Assembly (NCBI GenBank): GCA_016839745.1
Contig: JAEOTS010000028.1
Coordinates: forward strand, 1-61,687
Length of the DNA: 61,687 nucleotides
Reading direction: 5' to 3'
Origin: Promethearchaeota archaeon
Lineage (GTDB): Archaea > Asgardarchaeota > Lokiarchaeia > Sigyniarchaeales > SOKP01
Shown: positions 10,208 through 21,214 of the stretch, in pieces
Numbering within the stretch: position 1 is the stretch's first letter
Layout of the letters: each line of letters starts with the position of its first letter
Notes under the pieces: model-generated
Told to the model about the DNA's origin: nothing
The model's input: only the letters and a program-made list of their open reading frames with translations
The model's database searches: none
Made by a program: the position numbers and the translations under genes

Positions 10208-11401
10208 ATGTTAAATTTTGAAATTAATATCGGAAAAATCAAATCAAATTATAAAAACCAAGTAAAAAACGATGAGAATTTTATTATTAATTATGCAAGA
10301 AGAATAAGTTATTTTGGTAACATAGTATTGAGTAATTGTACTTCTAATAGCCTCATAAAAGAGATTTGTAACATTGCTGAATGTCATCTAATGATGAGCT
10401 CCCCAAAATTTGAAACAATAAAATCAGTTTTACAGATGGGCGTGAAAAAAGTTATCATTCCTGAGAAAGATATAAAATTTATCAGTCAAAAATTTTCAAA
10501 AAACGTAATTATAGCAAGAATTACGCTCCAAAAAGAATTACTTCTCAATAATGAATTAATAGATCTTAAAGAGCACCTAAAAGTTATATTTGACAGAGTG
10601 GATCCTTATTGTTCAGAATTTTTAATTGATTACGATAAAGATTTAGATATTGATGAAAGTACCGTTCTCACAGTATTAGACTTTCTATCCGACACTGGAA
10701 AATTACCATTAATTTTTCTTGATTCTGATAATAAGTTTACTAAAATACTAGAAAAAAGGGGTGTAGATCCACTAATCAGTTCACAAGATATATATGAAGA
10801 AAAGGAATTGATAAGAATCTTTATGTCTCTAATCGATTTTCAGAAACAGGAAGGCTTAGTGCCTACAATAGTACAAGACGAACATAATCAAATTTTAATG
10901 CTCGCTTTTTCTTCTCAAGATTCTTTAACGCAAGCTTTAATTCAGAAAAAAGGGATATATTACAGTCGTTCTAGAAAATCAATTTGGATTAAAGGAGAGA
11001 CTTCGGGAAATCATCAAACACTGAATCAAGTAAAGTACGATTGCGATCAAGATGCCTTGCTCTTTATTGTTCATCAAGAGGGGGTTGCTTGTCATTTACA
11101 ACGATATTCCTGTTTTGGCAATAAAGAGTTTAAATTATCAGATTTATATGATATCCTTCAGGATAGAATTATAAATCCTGCTTCCAATTCATATACCAGC
11201 AAGATTTCCAAAAATGAGAGTTTAATAATCGAAAAAATAAAGGAGGAAAGTAATGAGGTTATTAATTACACTAACGATGAAAATCTTGTTTGGGAAATTG
11301 CAGATTTATTGTATTTTATTATGGTTTTAATGGCTAAAAAAGATATTAAACTACAAGACATTTTAAACGAATTATGGAGTAGAAGAAATTATGACAACTA
11401 A
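10208..11401 (+). CDS. hisIE: Bifunctional HisI/HisE with ~200-aa N-terminal extension
   Basis: YYSRSR..IWIKGETSGN, DCDQD, ACH (HisI); KIKEE, WEIADLLYF (HisE). Confidence 0.9.
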   Translation: MLNFEINIGKIKSNYKNQVKNDENFIINYARRISYFGNIVLSNCTSNSLIKEICNIAECHLMMSSPKFETIKSVLQMGVKKVIIPEKDIKFISQKFSKNVIIARITLQKELLLNNELIDLKEHLKVIFDRVDPYCSEFLIDYDKDLDIDESTVLTVLDFLSDTGKLPLIFLDSDNKFTKILEKRGVDPLISSQDIYEEKELIRIFMSLIDFQKQEGLVPTIVQDEHNQILMLAFSSQDSLTQALIQKKGIYYSRSRKSIWIKGETSGNHQTLNQVKYDCDQDALLFIVHQEGVACHLQRYSCFGNKEFKLSDLYDILQDRIINPASNSYTSKISKNESLIIEKIKEESNEVINYTNDENLVWEIADLLYFIMVLMAKKDIKLQDILNELWSRRNYDN

Positions 11402-12401
11402 AAACGAGAGAGAAAATTCAAATTCGCAATTAATCCGAATAGGAATTCCCTCAAAAGGTCGTATGGAATCTGAAACCCAAGAATTTCTTAATTCGTGTGG
11501 TTTCAAAATCAGGAGAAATAGGCAACAATATATCGGATGGTTAGAGGGATTCCCAAATATACAAATAGTATTTCAACGGCAAAAGGACATCATTAATGGT
11601 GTGCTTGAAGGGAATTTAGCATTTGGAATTGTAGGTTTAGATATATTAACTGAGTTGACTTTAGAAGATCCTAATAAAATTGTAATTATTCACAATGATT
11701 TAGGATTTGGAAAATGTACCTTAGAAGTTTCAATACCTGAAAATTGGAAAGAAACTACGATGAAAGATTTGAAGCTACGCAACCAAAATTTACGAATTGC
11801 CTCTAAGTTCCCATTATTAACAAAGGAGTTTTTTAATAGACACGAACTTGATTTTGAATTAATTAAAGCAGAAGGAACTGTAGAGGTTGCTCCTACATTA
11901 GGATATTCTGATATAATTGTGGAGTTAGTCTCCACAGGACAAACGCTCAAAGATAATCGATTAAGGAGATTACAAGATGGTTGTATTCTCCAATCCCAAG
12001 CGTGCTTTATAGCTAATCGGAAAATCTTAAAACGAAATCAGATTGTTTTGGATATATCTCGAACTTTTCTTGAATACTTCGAAGCAACTATAAGAGCAAA
12101 AGACTATGTTTCAGTATTTATAAACATGCGGGGAAAAGATCCTGAAGATATCGCTAAAAAAATGTTTACTAAGGAAAGTCTAAAAGGACTCCAAGGCCCA
12201 ACGATCTCGTCAGTAATTTCTTCAGAAGGGGGATCATGGTTTGCTATTCATATAATCGTTGAAAAAAAGAAACTAACGGAAACTATAAGAGCATTAAGAG
12301 AAATTGGTGGCAGTGGAGTGGTTGTCAGTCCAACTCTATTTATTTTTGAAGAAGAACCAAAGCGTTATAAAGATTTGCTAAAGAATCTGGAGGATAATTA
12401 A
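11391..12401 (+). CDS. hisG: ATP phosphoribosyltransferase, long form
   Basis: IPSKGR, GIVGLD, IASKFP, GTVEVAP, ELVSTGQTLKDN, C-terminal regulatory domain. Confidence 0.95.
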   Translation: MTTKNERENSNSQLIRIGIPSKGRMESETQEFLNSCGFKIRRNRQQYIGWLEGFPNIQIVFQRQKDIINGVLEGNLAFGIVGLDILTELTLEDPNKIVIIHNDLGFGKCTLEVSIPENWKETTMKDLKLRNQNLRIASKFPLLTKEFFNRHELDFELIKAEGTVEVAPTLGYSDIIVELVSTGQTLKDNRLRRLQDGCILQSQACFIANRKILKRNQIVLDISRTFLEYFEATIRAKDYVSVFINMRGKDPEDIAKKMFTKESLKGLQGPTISSVISSEGGSWFAIHIIVEKKKLTETIRALREIGGSGVVVSPTLFIFEEEPKRYKDLLKNLEDN

Positions 12402-13723
12402 TGATTCCAATTTATTCTTTAGAGGATGCAAAAAAATCTATATTAATACGAAAATCAATCGTTAATACCTCAGTTTCGCCACAAATTAACGATCAGATCG
12501 TTAATATTTTTGGTAAGTCTTTAACGCCACAAGAAGTTGTTAAGCGAATTATTAGCGATGTAAATAAAAAAGGTGATGTCGCTCTAATTGAATGGACTAA
12601 GAAACTAGATAATACCGATATTTCTAATTCAATTGAAGTCAAAGTAGACCAAATGGAAACGGCATTAAACTCTATCGACGCGAAGATTAAAGAAGTTCTA
12701 GTTAAAACTAGAGATAGAATATTAGCATTTCACAGGAAACAACCTATATCTTCCTGGACTACTAATGATTTAGGAGGAAGTTTAGGACAAATAATAACTC
12801 CAATCCAAAGAGTAGGTTTTTACGTGCCTGGAGGCTCTGCTCCGCTTCCATCGACGGTTATTCATAGCGTTTGTCCTGCAATTATAGCAGGCGTTGAAGA
12901 AATAATAATAGTAAGCCCACCTCCAATTTCCCCCATAATATTAGCTACTTGTAATTTAATGCGTGAGTTTAACATAAAACTTAGAGTGTTTCAGATAGGA
13001 GGAGTTCAAGCAATTGCAGCTCTTGCGTTTGGTACAGAATCAGTCCCAAAAGTCAATAAAATTGTTGGTCCCGGTAATATTTTTGTTACTTTAGCTAAGC
13101 GAGAAGTATATGGGATGGTAGGAATTGATGGTATCACAGGTCCGACTGAAGCGGTTATTTTAGCTGATGGAACAGCAGACTCTGGATTAATTGCGGCTGA
13201 TTTACTCGCGCAAGCCGAGCATGATTTTTTATCAATTCCAATTTTAATAACAACAAGTCCGGACCTAGCAAATATGGTCAAAGATTCAATTGAAGAACAA
13301 ATACCAAAATTATCTCGTGCTGAAAAGGCACAGTATGCGATTGAAAATAATGGTGGAATAATTTTAGTTACTAGTTTTAAGGAAGCTATATCAATAATTA
13401 ACAATTTTGCCCCAGAACACTTATCTATTATCACTAAGGACCCAGAAGAGATTCTATCGCAAATAAAAAATGCTGGAGGTGTTTTTTTGGGCGAATCTTC
13501 TTGTGAAGTGATGGGCGATTATGTTGCTGGTCCCAGTCATGTAATGCCAACAGGTGGTGCGGCAAAATTTTCTTCGCCATTATCGGTATTAGACTTTATC
13601 AAAATTACCAGTCTTGTTGCTTTAGATACGAAAACAGTTAAATCTATAGCGCCATTAGCTGAAATATTAGCTCTTAGTGAAAAACTTACAGCTCATTCAG
13701 AAGCTGCTAGGAGGAGAATCTAA
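12401..13723 (+). CDS. hisD: Histidinol dehydrogenase
   Basis: GFYVPGG, GPGNIFV, DLLAQAEHD, APEHL, DYVAGPSHVMPT; TAATG overlap with hisG. Confidence 0.96.
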   Translation: MIPIYSLEDAKKSILIRKSIVNTSVSPQINDQIVNIFGKSLTPQEVVKRIISDVNKKGDVALIEWTKKLDNTDISNSIEVKVDQMETALNSIDAKIKEVLVKTRDRILAFHRKQPISSWTTNDLGGSLGQIITPIQRVGFYVPGGSAPLPSTVIHSVCPAIIAGVEEIIIVSPPPISPIILATCNLMREFNIKLRVFQIGGVQAIAALAFGTESVPKVNKIVGPGNIFVTLAKREVYGMVGIDGITGPTEAVILADGTADSGLIAADLLAQAEHDFLSIPILITTSPDLANMVKDSIEEQIPKLSRAEKAQYAIENNGGIILVTSFKEAISIINNFAPEHLSIITKDPEEILSQIKNAGGVFLGESSCEVMGDYVAGPSHVMPTGGAAKFSSPLSVLDFIKITSLVALDTKTVKSIAPLAEILALSEKLTAHSEAARRRI

Positions 13724-14847
13724 TGACTAAAATTAAAACCGTAGATCATCTCGTTTCAATAAAGTCTTATAATGGAGTTAAACCTTTAGAGGTCATTGCA
13801 GAAGAACTAAATATTCCTGTTACAAAAATAATTAAACTCGATGGCAACGAAAATCCTTACGATCCACTTCCGGAAGTTCTAGCAGCATTAAGCTCTCTTA
13901 AAAATATTAGCAACTATCCAGATATGATGTGCTCAAATTTAATACAGGATTTAGCGAAAAAAGAAAATTTGGATGCTAATAATTTTATCATTAGCGCAGG
14001 ATCTGACGAGTTAATTGAATTACTTATAAAAGCTTACGCGAATCCTTCCGATACAGTACTCTCCGTTTCTCCTACATTTGGTATGATTTCATTTTTAGCT
14101 CAAGTACATGGGATTAAACACGTAGCAGTATCTCAACAACTTGTTAAAAAAGAGTCATTTGCTCATTATGTACTCGACGAGAATCAATTTTTTGATGTTG
14201 CGAAACAGTCAAAAATTGTATTTATCGCTCGTCCAAATAATCCCGATGGATATGTTGTTTCAGAAAAGTTTATTGAACGCTTAGTGGCTCTCCCTGTTTT
14301 AGTGATCATCGATGAAGCTTACATAGAATTCTCAGATTCTCAAAGTCTTGCTAAATGGATTCCTCAATACGATAATCTTGTTATTCTTCGAACATTTAGC
14401 AAAGCTTATGGTTTAGGAGGACTGCGAGTTGGATACGGTATTATGCCAAACGATATCCGAAACATCTTAGTATCAATAAAGCAACCATATAATGTTAATA
14501 TTGCGGGACAAAAAGCTGCTTTTGCTGCATTATCTAGCCCACTAGTGGATCAGAGAATAGTAAAAATGAAAAAAACAAGAGAATGGTTCATAAATCAACT
14601 CAAATTACTTCAAGATCAATATAAGACCTTTTGGATTCACCCAAGCGAAGCCTGTTATGTACTACTCACCTTTGAGTCACCAGAGGTTCCAAAAAACCTT
14701 TATGAACATCTTTATTCAAAAGGAATTCTTGTGCGATATTATTCCTCATCTGATATGATTAACAACCTTAGGATAAGTATCGGACTCCAAGAAAATATGG
14801 TAAAAGTTATTGAGGAACTCAAATTATTTTTAAAAGGAGGAATTTAA
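13723..14847 (+). CDS. hisC: Histidinol-phosphate aminotransferase
   Basis: KLDGNENP, PNNPDG, DEAYIEF, RTFSKAYGLGGLRVGY. Confidence 0.94.
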   Translation: MTKIKTVDHLVSIKSYNGVKPLEVIAEELNIPVTKIIKLDGNENPYDPLPEVLAALSSLKNISNYPDMMCSNLIQDLAKKENLDANNFIISAGSDELIELLIKAYANPSDTVLSVSPTFGMISFLAQVHGIKHVAVSQQLVKKESFAHYVLDENQFFDVAKQSKIVFIARPNNPDGYVVSEKFIERLVALPVLVIIDEAYIEFSDSQSLAKWIPQYDNLVILRTFSKAYGLGGLRVGYGIMPNDIRNILVSIKQPYNVNIAGQKAAFAALSSPLVDQRIVKMKKTREWFINQLKLLQDQYKTFWIHPSEACYVLLTFESPEVPKNLYEHLYSKGILVRYYSSSDMINNLRISIGLQENMVKVIEELKLFLKGGI

Positions 14848-14848
14848 A

Positions 14849-15454
14849 ATGAATCGTAAATCAGAACAAGAAAGAAAAACAAAGGAATCCACTGTTAATG
14901 TTTCAATTAACTTGGATGGCTCTGGAATTGCTAAAATAGATACAGGTATAGGATTTTTCGATCACATGTTAAATCACATCGCAGTTCATGGAGTCTTTGA
15001 CATTGAACTTAAAGCTAGTGGTGATTTACATGTCGATACCCATCACACCATTGAAGATGTAGGGATAGTGTTAGGGAACGCTTTTAAGCAAGCAATTGGA
15101 GATAAATTGGGAATAAGACGAATTGGATATTCTTATGTTCCTATGGATGAGGCCTTAACATTAGTAGTGGTTGATTTTTCTAATCGCCCTTATTCAATTA
15201 TTGATATCCCCTGGACAGGTAAATACTTTGGAAAAAATCAAGACGAATTGATTCCTCTTACGTTAATAGAGCACTTTTTACAAACTTTTGCTATTAATGC
15301 TAGTATAACACTACACGTGAAAGTGCTTTCTGGAAAAGACGATCATCACATTGCAGAGTCAGTTTTTAAGGCTCTTGGATACTCACTTGATAAAGCATCT
15401 CGATTTGATCCTAAACGAAAAGGCATTGTCCCATCGACTAAGGGAATACTTTGA
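14849..15454 (+). CDS. hisB: Imidazoleglycerol-phosphate dehydratase
   Basis: FFDHML, DTHHTIED, PMDEAL, DHHIAE, PSTKG. Confidence 0.96.
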   Translation: MNRKSEQERKTKESTVNVSINLDGSGIAKIDTGIGFFDHMLNHIAVHGVFDIELKASGDLHVDTHHTIEDVGIVLGNAFKQAIGDKLGIRRIGYSYVPMDEALTLVVVDFSNRPYSIIDIPWTGKYFGKNQDELIPLTLIEHFLQTFAINASITLHVKVLSGKDDHHIAESVFKALGYSLDKASRFDPKRKGIVPSTKGIL

Positions 15455-15494
15455 GAAAACTACATAGATAGGCTAATTATTTGAGGAACTACTT

Positions 15495-16103
15495 ATGATT
15501 ACAATAATTGACTATGGAGTTGGAAATTTAAGGTCAGTTCAACGAGCAATTCAAAGGTATTATTTGGATGTAATAATATCTAACGAAGAAGAACAAATAA
15601 AAAGAGCAATAGGCATTGTTTTGCCCGGTGTAGGAGCGTTTGGAGATGCTGTTGAAGAATTAAAACGAAATGGGTTATTTAACTTACTGAAACAGATCAT
15701 ACCAACTAAACCAACTTTAGGAATATGCTTAGGAATGCAATTATTACTTAATGAATCGGAAGAAAGCCCGGGAATTGAGGGATTTGGTATCATTCCCGGA
15801 CAAGTTAAGAAGCTAGAAGTCACTAAATCAATTCGAGTTCCGCATACGGGATGGAATCGTGTAATTAGTATCAAAGAACCATATTTTTCCGGTTTTGCTT
15901 ATTTCAACCATACATATTACTGTGATGTAGTAGACAAACATATTGTAACAGCATTTACTTTACATGGCATAAGATTTGGCGTCATTTTTAATTACGGAAC
16001 AATATTAGCAATACAATTTCATCCAGAAAAAAGTAAAGCTATTGGAGAAAATATATTGAAATATTGGGTTAATACATTAGAAAAACGGGTGAATTCAACA
16101 TAA
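15495..16103 (+). CDS. hisH: IGP synthase glutaminase subunit
   Basis: [28 protein letters not shown]. Confidence 0.95.
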   Translation: MITIIDYGVGNLRSVQRAIQRYYLDVIISNEEEQIKRAIGIVLPGVGAFGDAVEELKRNGLFNLLKQIIPTKPTLGICLGMQLLLNESEESPGIEGFGIIPGQVKKLEVTKSIRVPHTGWNRVISIKEPYFSGFAYFNHTYYCDVVDKHIVTAFTLHGIRFGVIFNYGTILAIQFHPEKSKAIGENILKYWVNTLEKRVNST

Positions 16104-17602
16104 AAACAGTCATTCCTGCAATTGATATTCGAGAAGGAAAGGTTATTAGACTCACTCAAGGGGATTTTTCTAAACAAATTACGTATTCTAACGCCCCTGT
16201 AGCCGTTCTAAGACAATTCATAGAAGCGGGTGCTTTATGGATTCATGTGGTTAATTTAGATGGAGCCTTAACAGGCAACTTTCGGGAAAATCTTAGCTAT
16301 CCCGCTATTTTGGATCTCATTACTCTATCAAAACAAGCTGGAATTAAAATTCAAATTGGTGGGGGGATACGAAGCATTGAAATCATTGAGGAATTAATAA
16401 ACAGGGGAACTGACCGAATAATCTTAGGTACCATTGCGTTAGATGATAACAAGCTTTTAGAAATTTTATCCAAACAATATAGAAACAAAATTGCGATCGC
16501 ATTAGATTCCTCTAATAGAACTCTCCGTACTAAGGGATGGCAGTTTGAAACGGATTTAGATCTGTTTAAAGTCCTATCTAAATTGGAGAATAAGGGAATC
16601 CGCGATTTTATTGTAACAGATATAATGAAAGACGGCACTTCGACTGGTCAAGACGCGAATCTTTTCTTAGAATTAAAGGAGAAAAAAAAGGTAAACAGCA
16701 GAATAATTGCCTCAGGTGGAATTTCAAGCATAAGTGATGTAGAAAAAGCATTATCGTACGCTGATGGGGTTATTGTTGGAAAAGCTTTATACGATGGAAG
16801 TATTCCTCCCAAAGTTTTAGGCTCTTTCCTTGATAATCTTCATAATTCTAGATTGGTAAAAAGAATAATCCCCTGTCTGGATGTAAAAAATGGAAGAGTA
16901 GTAAAAGGGGTAAAATTTAAAAATTTACGAGATAGTGGAGATCCCGTTGAATTAGCACGATTTTATAACGAAAATGGGGCAGATGAATTAGTCTTCTTAG
17001 ACATTTCGGCAACCCTAGAAGGACGAAAAAGCATACTTAACACAATTCGATCAGTAGCAGAAGAAATATTTATTCCATTAACCGTTGGTGGTGGAATAAA
17101 AACAATTGAGGATATGACTGCAATTATCAAAGCAGGAGCAGAGAAAGTTAGTATAAATTCAGCAGCTATAAAGGATCCAAACTTAATTACTAAAGGTGCG
17201 AAGAAATTCGGCTCTCAATGCATTGTTGTAGCCATTGATGCTAAAAAAAAAGGGAAATCATGGGAAGTTTATTCGCATAGCGGCACAAAACCTACTGGAC
17301 TCGATGTATTAGAGTGGGTAAAAACAGTCGTAGATAAGGGAGCAGGAGAACTATTAGTTACAAGCATGGATAGAGATGGTACTAACTTGGGATACGATCT
17401 TGATTTAATCCGAGCTATTACTGACATTGTGCCTGTACCTGTGATCGCGTCGGGGGGAGCTGGAAATAAAAAACATTTTATTGAGGCAATCAATAACGGA
17501 GCTGAAGCTGTATTAGCTGCTTCCTTATTTCATTTTAACCTTTTGAGAATCCAGGATTTAAAAGAATTTTTAAATAACAATGGTGTTATGGTAAGAAAAT
17601 AA
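16100..17602 (+). CDS. hisA-hisF: HisA-HisF fusion, probable ATA start overlapping the hisH stop
   Basis: Frame open upstream of 16247: [22 protein letters not shown] (HisA N-terminus); reads without a stop into [11 protein letters not shown] (HisF, from ~16853); in-frame TAA at 16070 and no ATG/GTG/TTG before the HisA motif. Confidence 0.88.
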   Translation: MKTVIPAIDIREGKVIRLTQGDFSKQITYSNAPVAVLRQFIEAGALWIHVVNLDGALTGNFRENLSYPAILDLITLSKQAGIKIQIGGGIRSIEIIEELINRGTDRIILGTIALDDNKLLEILSKQYRNKIAIALDSSNRTLRTKGWQFETDLDLFKVLSKLENKGIRDFIVTDIMKDGTSTGQDANLFLELKEKKKVNSRIIASGGISSISDVEKALSYADGVIVGKALYDGSIPPKVLGSFLDNLHNSRLVKRIIPCLDVKNGRVVKGVKFKNLRDSGDPVELARFYNENGADELVFLDISATLEGRKSILNTIRSVAEEIFIPLTVGGGIKTIEDMTAIIKAGAEKVSINSAAIKDPNLITKGAKKFGSQCIVVAIDAKKKGKSWEVYSHSGTKPTGLDVLEWVKTVVDKGAGELLVTSMDRDGTNLGYDLDLIRAITDIVPVPVIASGGAGNKKHFIEAINNGAEAVLAASLFHFNLLRIQDLKEFLNNNGVMVRK

Positions 17603-17667
17603 TTTACCTTATCATGAGATCAAGAAAAATTTTAAAGTTTTGAAATAAATAATAGAAATGAAGTATA

Positions 17668-18498
17668 ATGTCGGGATTAGATTTAAGCGTAGTTGGGAAA
17701 AAAAATCCAGAAAAAATTTTCGAGTATAATAGTAAAGATGTAATTCTTTATGCATTAGGGATAGGAGCTCAAATTTCTGAACTCCAATTTATTTACGAGG
17801 GAGTTTCAGGAGGATTAAAAGTATTTCCTAGTTTTGCAACAATTCCTAGGCGCGTAGCATTCCCTAAATTAGGTAAAATTAGTTTTCCTAGATTGATCCA
17901 CGGAGAAGAATTAGTAAGGATATATAAACCTTTTCCACCACAAGGAAAAATAATTTGTTTTAGTGAGGTAACAAACATATTTGATAAAGGTAAAGCAGCA
18001 GTAATAAATGTTACAACTACAGGACTTACAAAAGATAGAACTCCTCTATTTGAAATTGAAACTTCATTCTTCTATTTAGGAGGAGGAGGATTTGGAGGCG
18101 AACGAGGTCCTAAGACAGAACCACTAAAACCGCCAGAAGGTATTCCGCCAGATTTTAGCGTTACATATAAAACTACTGAGAACCAAGCGGCTTTGTATCG
18201 CCTTAACGGAGACTTAAATCCTCTCCATATTGATCTTGAAGCTGCTCGTTTTGGAGGTCAAGAAAAACCGATTTTACACGGATTATGCACTTATGGTTTT
18301 GCAGCAAGAGCAATATTATATAGTCTATGCGACGGAGATGTTTCACGCTTTAAAGAATTTAAAGTACGATTTAGTAACATCGTATACCCTGGAGAATCAT
18401 TAACAACAGAAGGGTGGAAAGAGAATGGTCGTTATTTGATACAAGTTAAAACCGAGAGAGCTGTTGTTTTAAGTAATGCTTATGTTATTATAGATTGA
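17668..18498 (+). CDS. MaoC-like double hot-dog (R)-enoyl-CoA hydratase
   Basis: LYALGIG, IHGE, LYRLNGDLNPLHID, PILHGLCTYG. Confidence 0.9.
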   Translation: MSGLDLSVVGKKNPEKIFEYNSKDVILYALGIGAQISELQFIYEGVSGGLKVFPSFATIPRRVAFPKLGKISFPRLIHGEELVRIYKPFPPQGKIICFSEVTNIFDKGKAAVINVTTTGLTKDRTPLFEIETSFFYLGGGGFGGERGPKTEPLKPPEGIPPDFSVTYKTTENQAALYRLNGDLNPLHIDLEAARFGGQEKPILHGLCTYGFAARAILYSLCDGDVSRFKEFKVRFSNIVYPGESLTTEGWKENGRYLIQVKTERAVVLSNAYVIID

Positions 18499-18531
18499 AA
18501 TACTTAAAGCAAATCATATGTCGTAAAATAA

Positions 18532-18655
18532 TTAGAACTCGCTAAGTAAATTTTGTGCAAACATTTTAGCATTTTCTATATCGTTTTCATTTGGGTGTTT
18601 TATTACTTCTTCTAACAATTCTAACCATTCTTCATCATCTTTTATAAACTGTAAA
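18532..18655 (-). pseudogene. Possible C-terminal remnant of a flavodoxin-like gene
   Basis: KHPNENDIENAKMFAQNLL resembles flavodoxin-domain C-terminal helices; no plausible N-terminus. Confidence 0.4.
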
Positions 18656-18721
18656 ACACATTGAAGAGATATTAAATGCAAAAAGAGTAATTTTATTAAC
18701 AATAGAACTAAATTGATAAAT

Positions 18722-19555
18722 ATGAAAAATGAGCCTAAAATTTTATTGTCGGGTCTTGAGTTCCCTGAAGGACCTAGATGGCGGAACGGAAAGTTGTTCT
18801 TCTCAGATGCTGCTGGAAGAAAGGTCATAGCCGTTGATGAATTAGGTAAATCAGAAATTATCGTAGAAATGCAAGATTTTCCATCGGGATTAGGTTTCTT
18901 AAATGACGGGAGGATGCTTATAGTTTCAATGCAAAATCGCTGTCTAATGCGTTTAGATCCAGAAGGATTGAAGATTCACGCGGATTTAGGCAAATTTACA
19001 GAATTCAACTGCAATGACTCCGTAACTGATACCCATGGACGAACTTACATAGGAAATTGGGGTATTAAATCCCTTAAATCCCCAGCTGAACCCACATGCA
19101 TCATCTTGGTAACTAAAGATGGGGAAGCAAGAATAGTTGCAGAAAATCTTCTTTTTCCCAATGGATGTATTGTGACTCCCGATTGCAAAACTTTTATTGT
19201 AGCAGAAACTTTTGGAAGGAGGTTGACTGCCTTTGATATTGAAAATTCAGGGAATCTAATAAATCGAAGAATTTGGGCGGAAATTAAAGATTTTACACCA
19301 GATGGTATATGTCTTGATGAAGAAGGCGCCATCTGGGTCGCAAATCCAACCAAAGCAGAAGTATTACGTGTTTTGGAAGGAGGTGAAATCACTTCTACTA
19401 TTAAAGTAAAAGATACAAATGTTTACGCGTGCTGTTTAGGTGGAGATGATGGAAGAACTCTTTTTCTTTGCACCAGTCAATCACTCGAGGGTAAAAGATC
19501 AAGTGGGAGAATTGAATTTTTAAAGGTTGAAGTCCCGGGTGTTGAGATTCCCTAA
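18722..19555 (+). CDS. SMP-30/gluconolactonase family protein
   Basis: FPEGPRW, CND, FPNG, PDGICLD. Confidence 0.9.
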   Translation: MKNEPKILLSGLEFPEGPRWRNGKLFFSDAAGRKVIAVDELGKSEIIVEMQDFPSGLGFLNDGRMLIVSMQNRCLMRLDPEGLKIHADLGKFTEFNCNDSVTDTHGRTYIGNWGIKSLKSPAEPTCIILVTKDGEARIVAENLLFPNGCIVTPDCKTFIVAETFGRRLTAFDIENSGNLINRRIWAEIKDFTPDGICLDEEGAIWVANPTKAEVLRVLEGGEITSTIKVKDTNVYACCLGGDDGRTLFLCTSQSLEGKRSSGRIEFLKVEVPGVEIP

Positions 19556-19601
19556 GGGAAGAAGAATAATTTTGATAAAGAACATATCAAACTCATATTT
19601 A

Positions 19602-20309
19602 TTACAATTTTACTCCGATAAACAAACCTCTCTCTTTCATCAATCCGTCTTTTAGAAATTCGGATTTAAAATTAGCTTTTTCCATATATTCGAGAGTTTT
19701 GTCAATTTCAAACAAACCTAATTCATGTATATCGACAAAATGTTTGATATCCTCATTTCTTTCAGCAATTAAGTAATGCATCTCCATTACTGATAAATCT
19801 CCTTCTATTTTTGTGGTATTAAGTCTTGCGATTTTAACGTCTTCTCCATTGTAAGTAGTCATACCAGGCACTCCAACCCAGTAAGTGGATTTAGTAAACC
19901 ATGGTTCAACTATTAGAACGCCCCCCTTTTTCAAATGACTCGCGAAGTTCATTATAGTTTTTTCTAAGTTATCGTACGATTTAACATAGCCTATTGAACT
20001 AAATAAACACAAAATTACATCAAATTCGGTTTTAAGATTAAAATCTATCATATCACCTTGTTCGAAGTTCACATCCGCTACTTTACTTTTAGCAACTTCT
20101 ACCATTTCTTTGTTGATATCAATACCCGTACAGGAAAAATCGTGTTTAAAATATTTTAGATGCATTCCTGTCCCACATCCTACATCGAGTAAATTTTCTC
20201 CACCAGACTTCTTATATTTCTTAATTAAGTCTTTAATCGTACTAGATTCTACCTTATAATCCTTCCAATGATAAATTAAGTCGTAATATTGAGCCAATTC
20301 TTTATACAT
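19602..20309 (-). CDS. Class I SAM-dependent methyltransferase (TylM1/DesVI-like)
   Basis: LLDVGCGTG, CLFSSIGY, VEPW. Confidence 0.85.
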   Translation of the reverse strand: MYKELAQYYDLIYHWKDYKVESSTIKDLIKKYKKSGGENLLDVGCGTGMHLKYFKHDFSCTGIDINKEMVEVAKSKVADVNFEQGDMIDFNLKTEFDVILCLFSSIGYVKSYDNLEKTIMNFASHLKKGGVLIVEPWFTKSTYWVGVPGMTTYNGEDVKIARLNTTKIEGDLSVMEMHYLIAERNEDIKHFVDIHELGLFEIDKTLEYMEKANFKSEFLKDGLMKERGLFIGVKL

Positions 20310-20335
20310 AATATATAACCAATCTGTTTATTTCT

Positions 20336-21163
20336 TTATTTTCTTAAACCTAACATCAATCTGGCTTCATAGGGGGAAGCAATGTCTCTCCCTAATTCTT
20401 TTGAAATTCCAACCACTTTTTCTACTAATTCACTGTTAGATTTAGCTAAGACTCCCTTTGAAATGTATATATTATCCTCTAATCCTACTCGAACATGTCC
20501 TCCTAGAACTATTGACATCGTAACCATAGGAAACTCATGTCTTCCAACAGCACCTACACAAAATGTTGATCCCTTAGGAATGCTGTTTATTAAATAGAGT
20601 AAATCTCGTGGAGTTGCAGAAATTCCACCGATAATTCCCAATATGAAATTAAAATGCATTGGTTCTTTAATATGTCCTTTCTTATGAAGTCTTAACGCCA
20701 TATCGATCATTCCTTTATCAAAGCATTCGAGTTCTGGTTTAATTCCGCGGGAATTCATTTCCTCTACAAAATTAATGATTGTATTTTCTGTATTAACGAA
20801 AATTTTATCACCTCCAAAATTCATTGTGCCCATATCTAGGGTAACTATTTCGGGTTGTGGTTTCATGAAAATAGGTTGTAGTCTTTCTTCATTACTCATA
20901 CCTATGGCGCCCCCAGTAGATGGTAGCACAATGACATCTGGACTTCTTTTTTTGATTTCATCGACACACGCTTGAAATCGTTTTAGATCTTGAGTAGGGG
21001 TGCCATCATCTTCTCTTACATGTAAATGAATAATGCTAGCACCGGCTAAGAACGCTTTTTCTGCTTCGATACCTATTTCTCTAACAGTATAAGGAACATT
21101 CGGATTCTGTTCTTTTGTTACTTCAGCTCCACATATAGCGGCTGTTATAATTAATTTTTTCAT
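20336..21163 (-). CDS. kce: 3-keto-5-aminohexanoate cleavage enzyme
   Basis: LIITAAICGAE, IIHLHVR, STGG, PELECFD, RVGLEDN. Confidence 0.92.
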   Translation of the reverse strand: MKKLIITAAICGAEVTKEQNPNVPYTVREIGIEAEKAFLAGASIIHLHVREDDGTPTQDLKRFQACVDEIKKRSPDVIVLPSTGGAIGMSNEERLQPIFMKPQPEIVTLDMGTMNFGGDKIFVNTENTIINFVEEMNSRGIKPELECFDKGMIDMALRLHKKGHIKEPMHFNFILGIIGGISATPRDLLYLINSIPKGSTFCVGAVGRHEFPMVTMSIVLGGHVRVGLEDNIYISKGVLAKSNSELVEKVVGISKELGRDIASPYEARLMLGLRK

Positions 21164-21214
21164 TAGTAAATTTTACTACTTTGTGTTGTTCAATTTCAAA
21201 TAAAGTTATCTTTC

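Noticed and set aside
18532-18828. 98-aa minus-strand ORF as an intact gene
   Set aside because: Its 5' half is antisense to the SMP-30 gene and promoter; only the last ~40 aa look protein-like.
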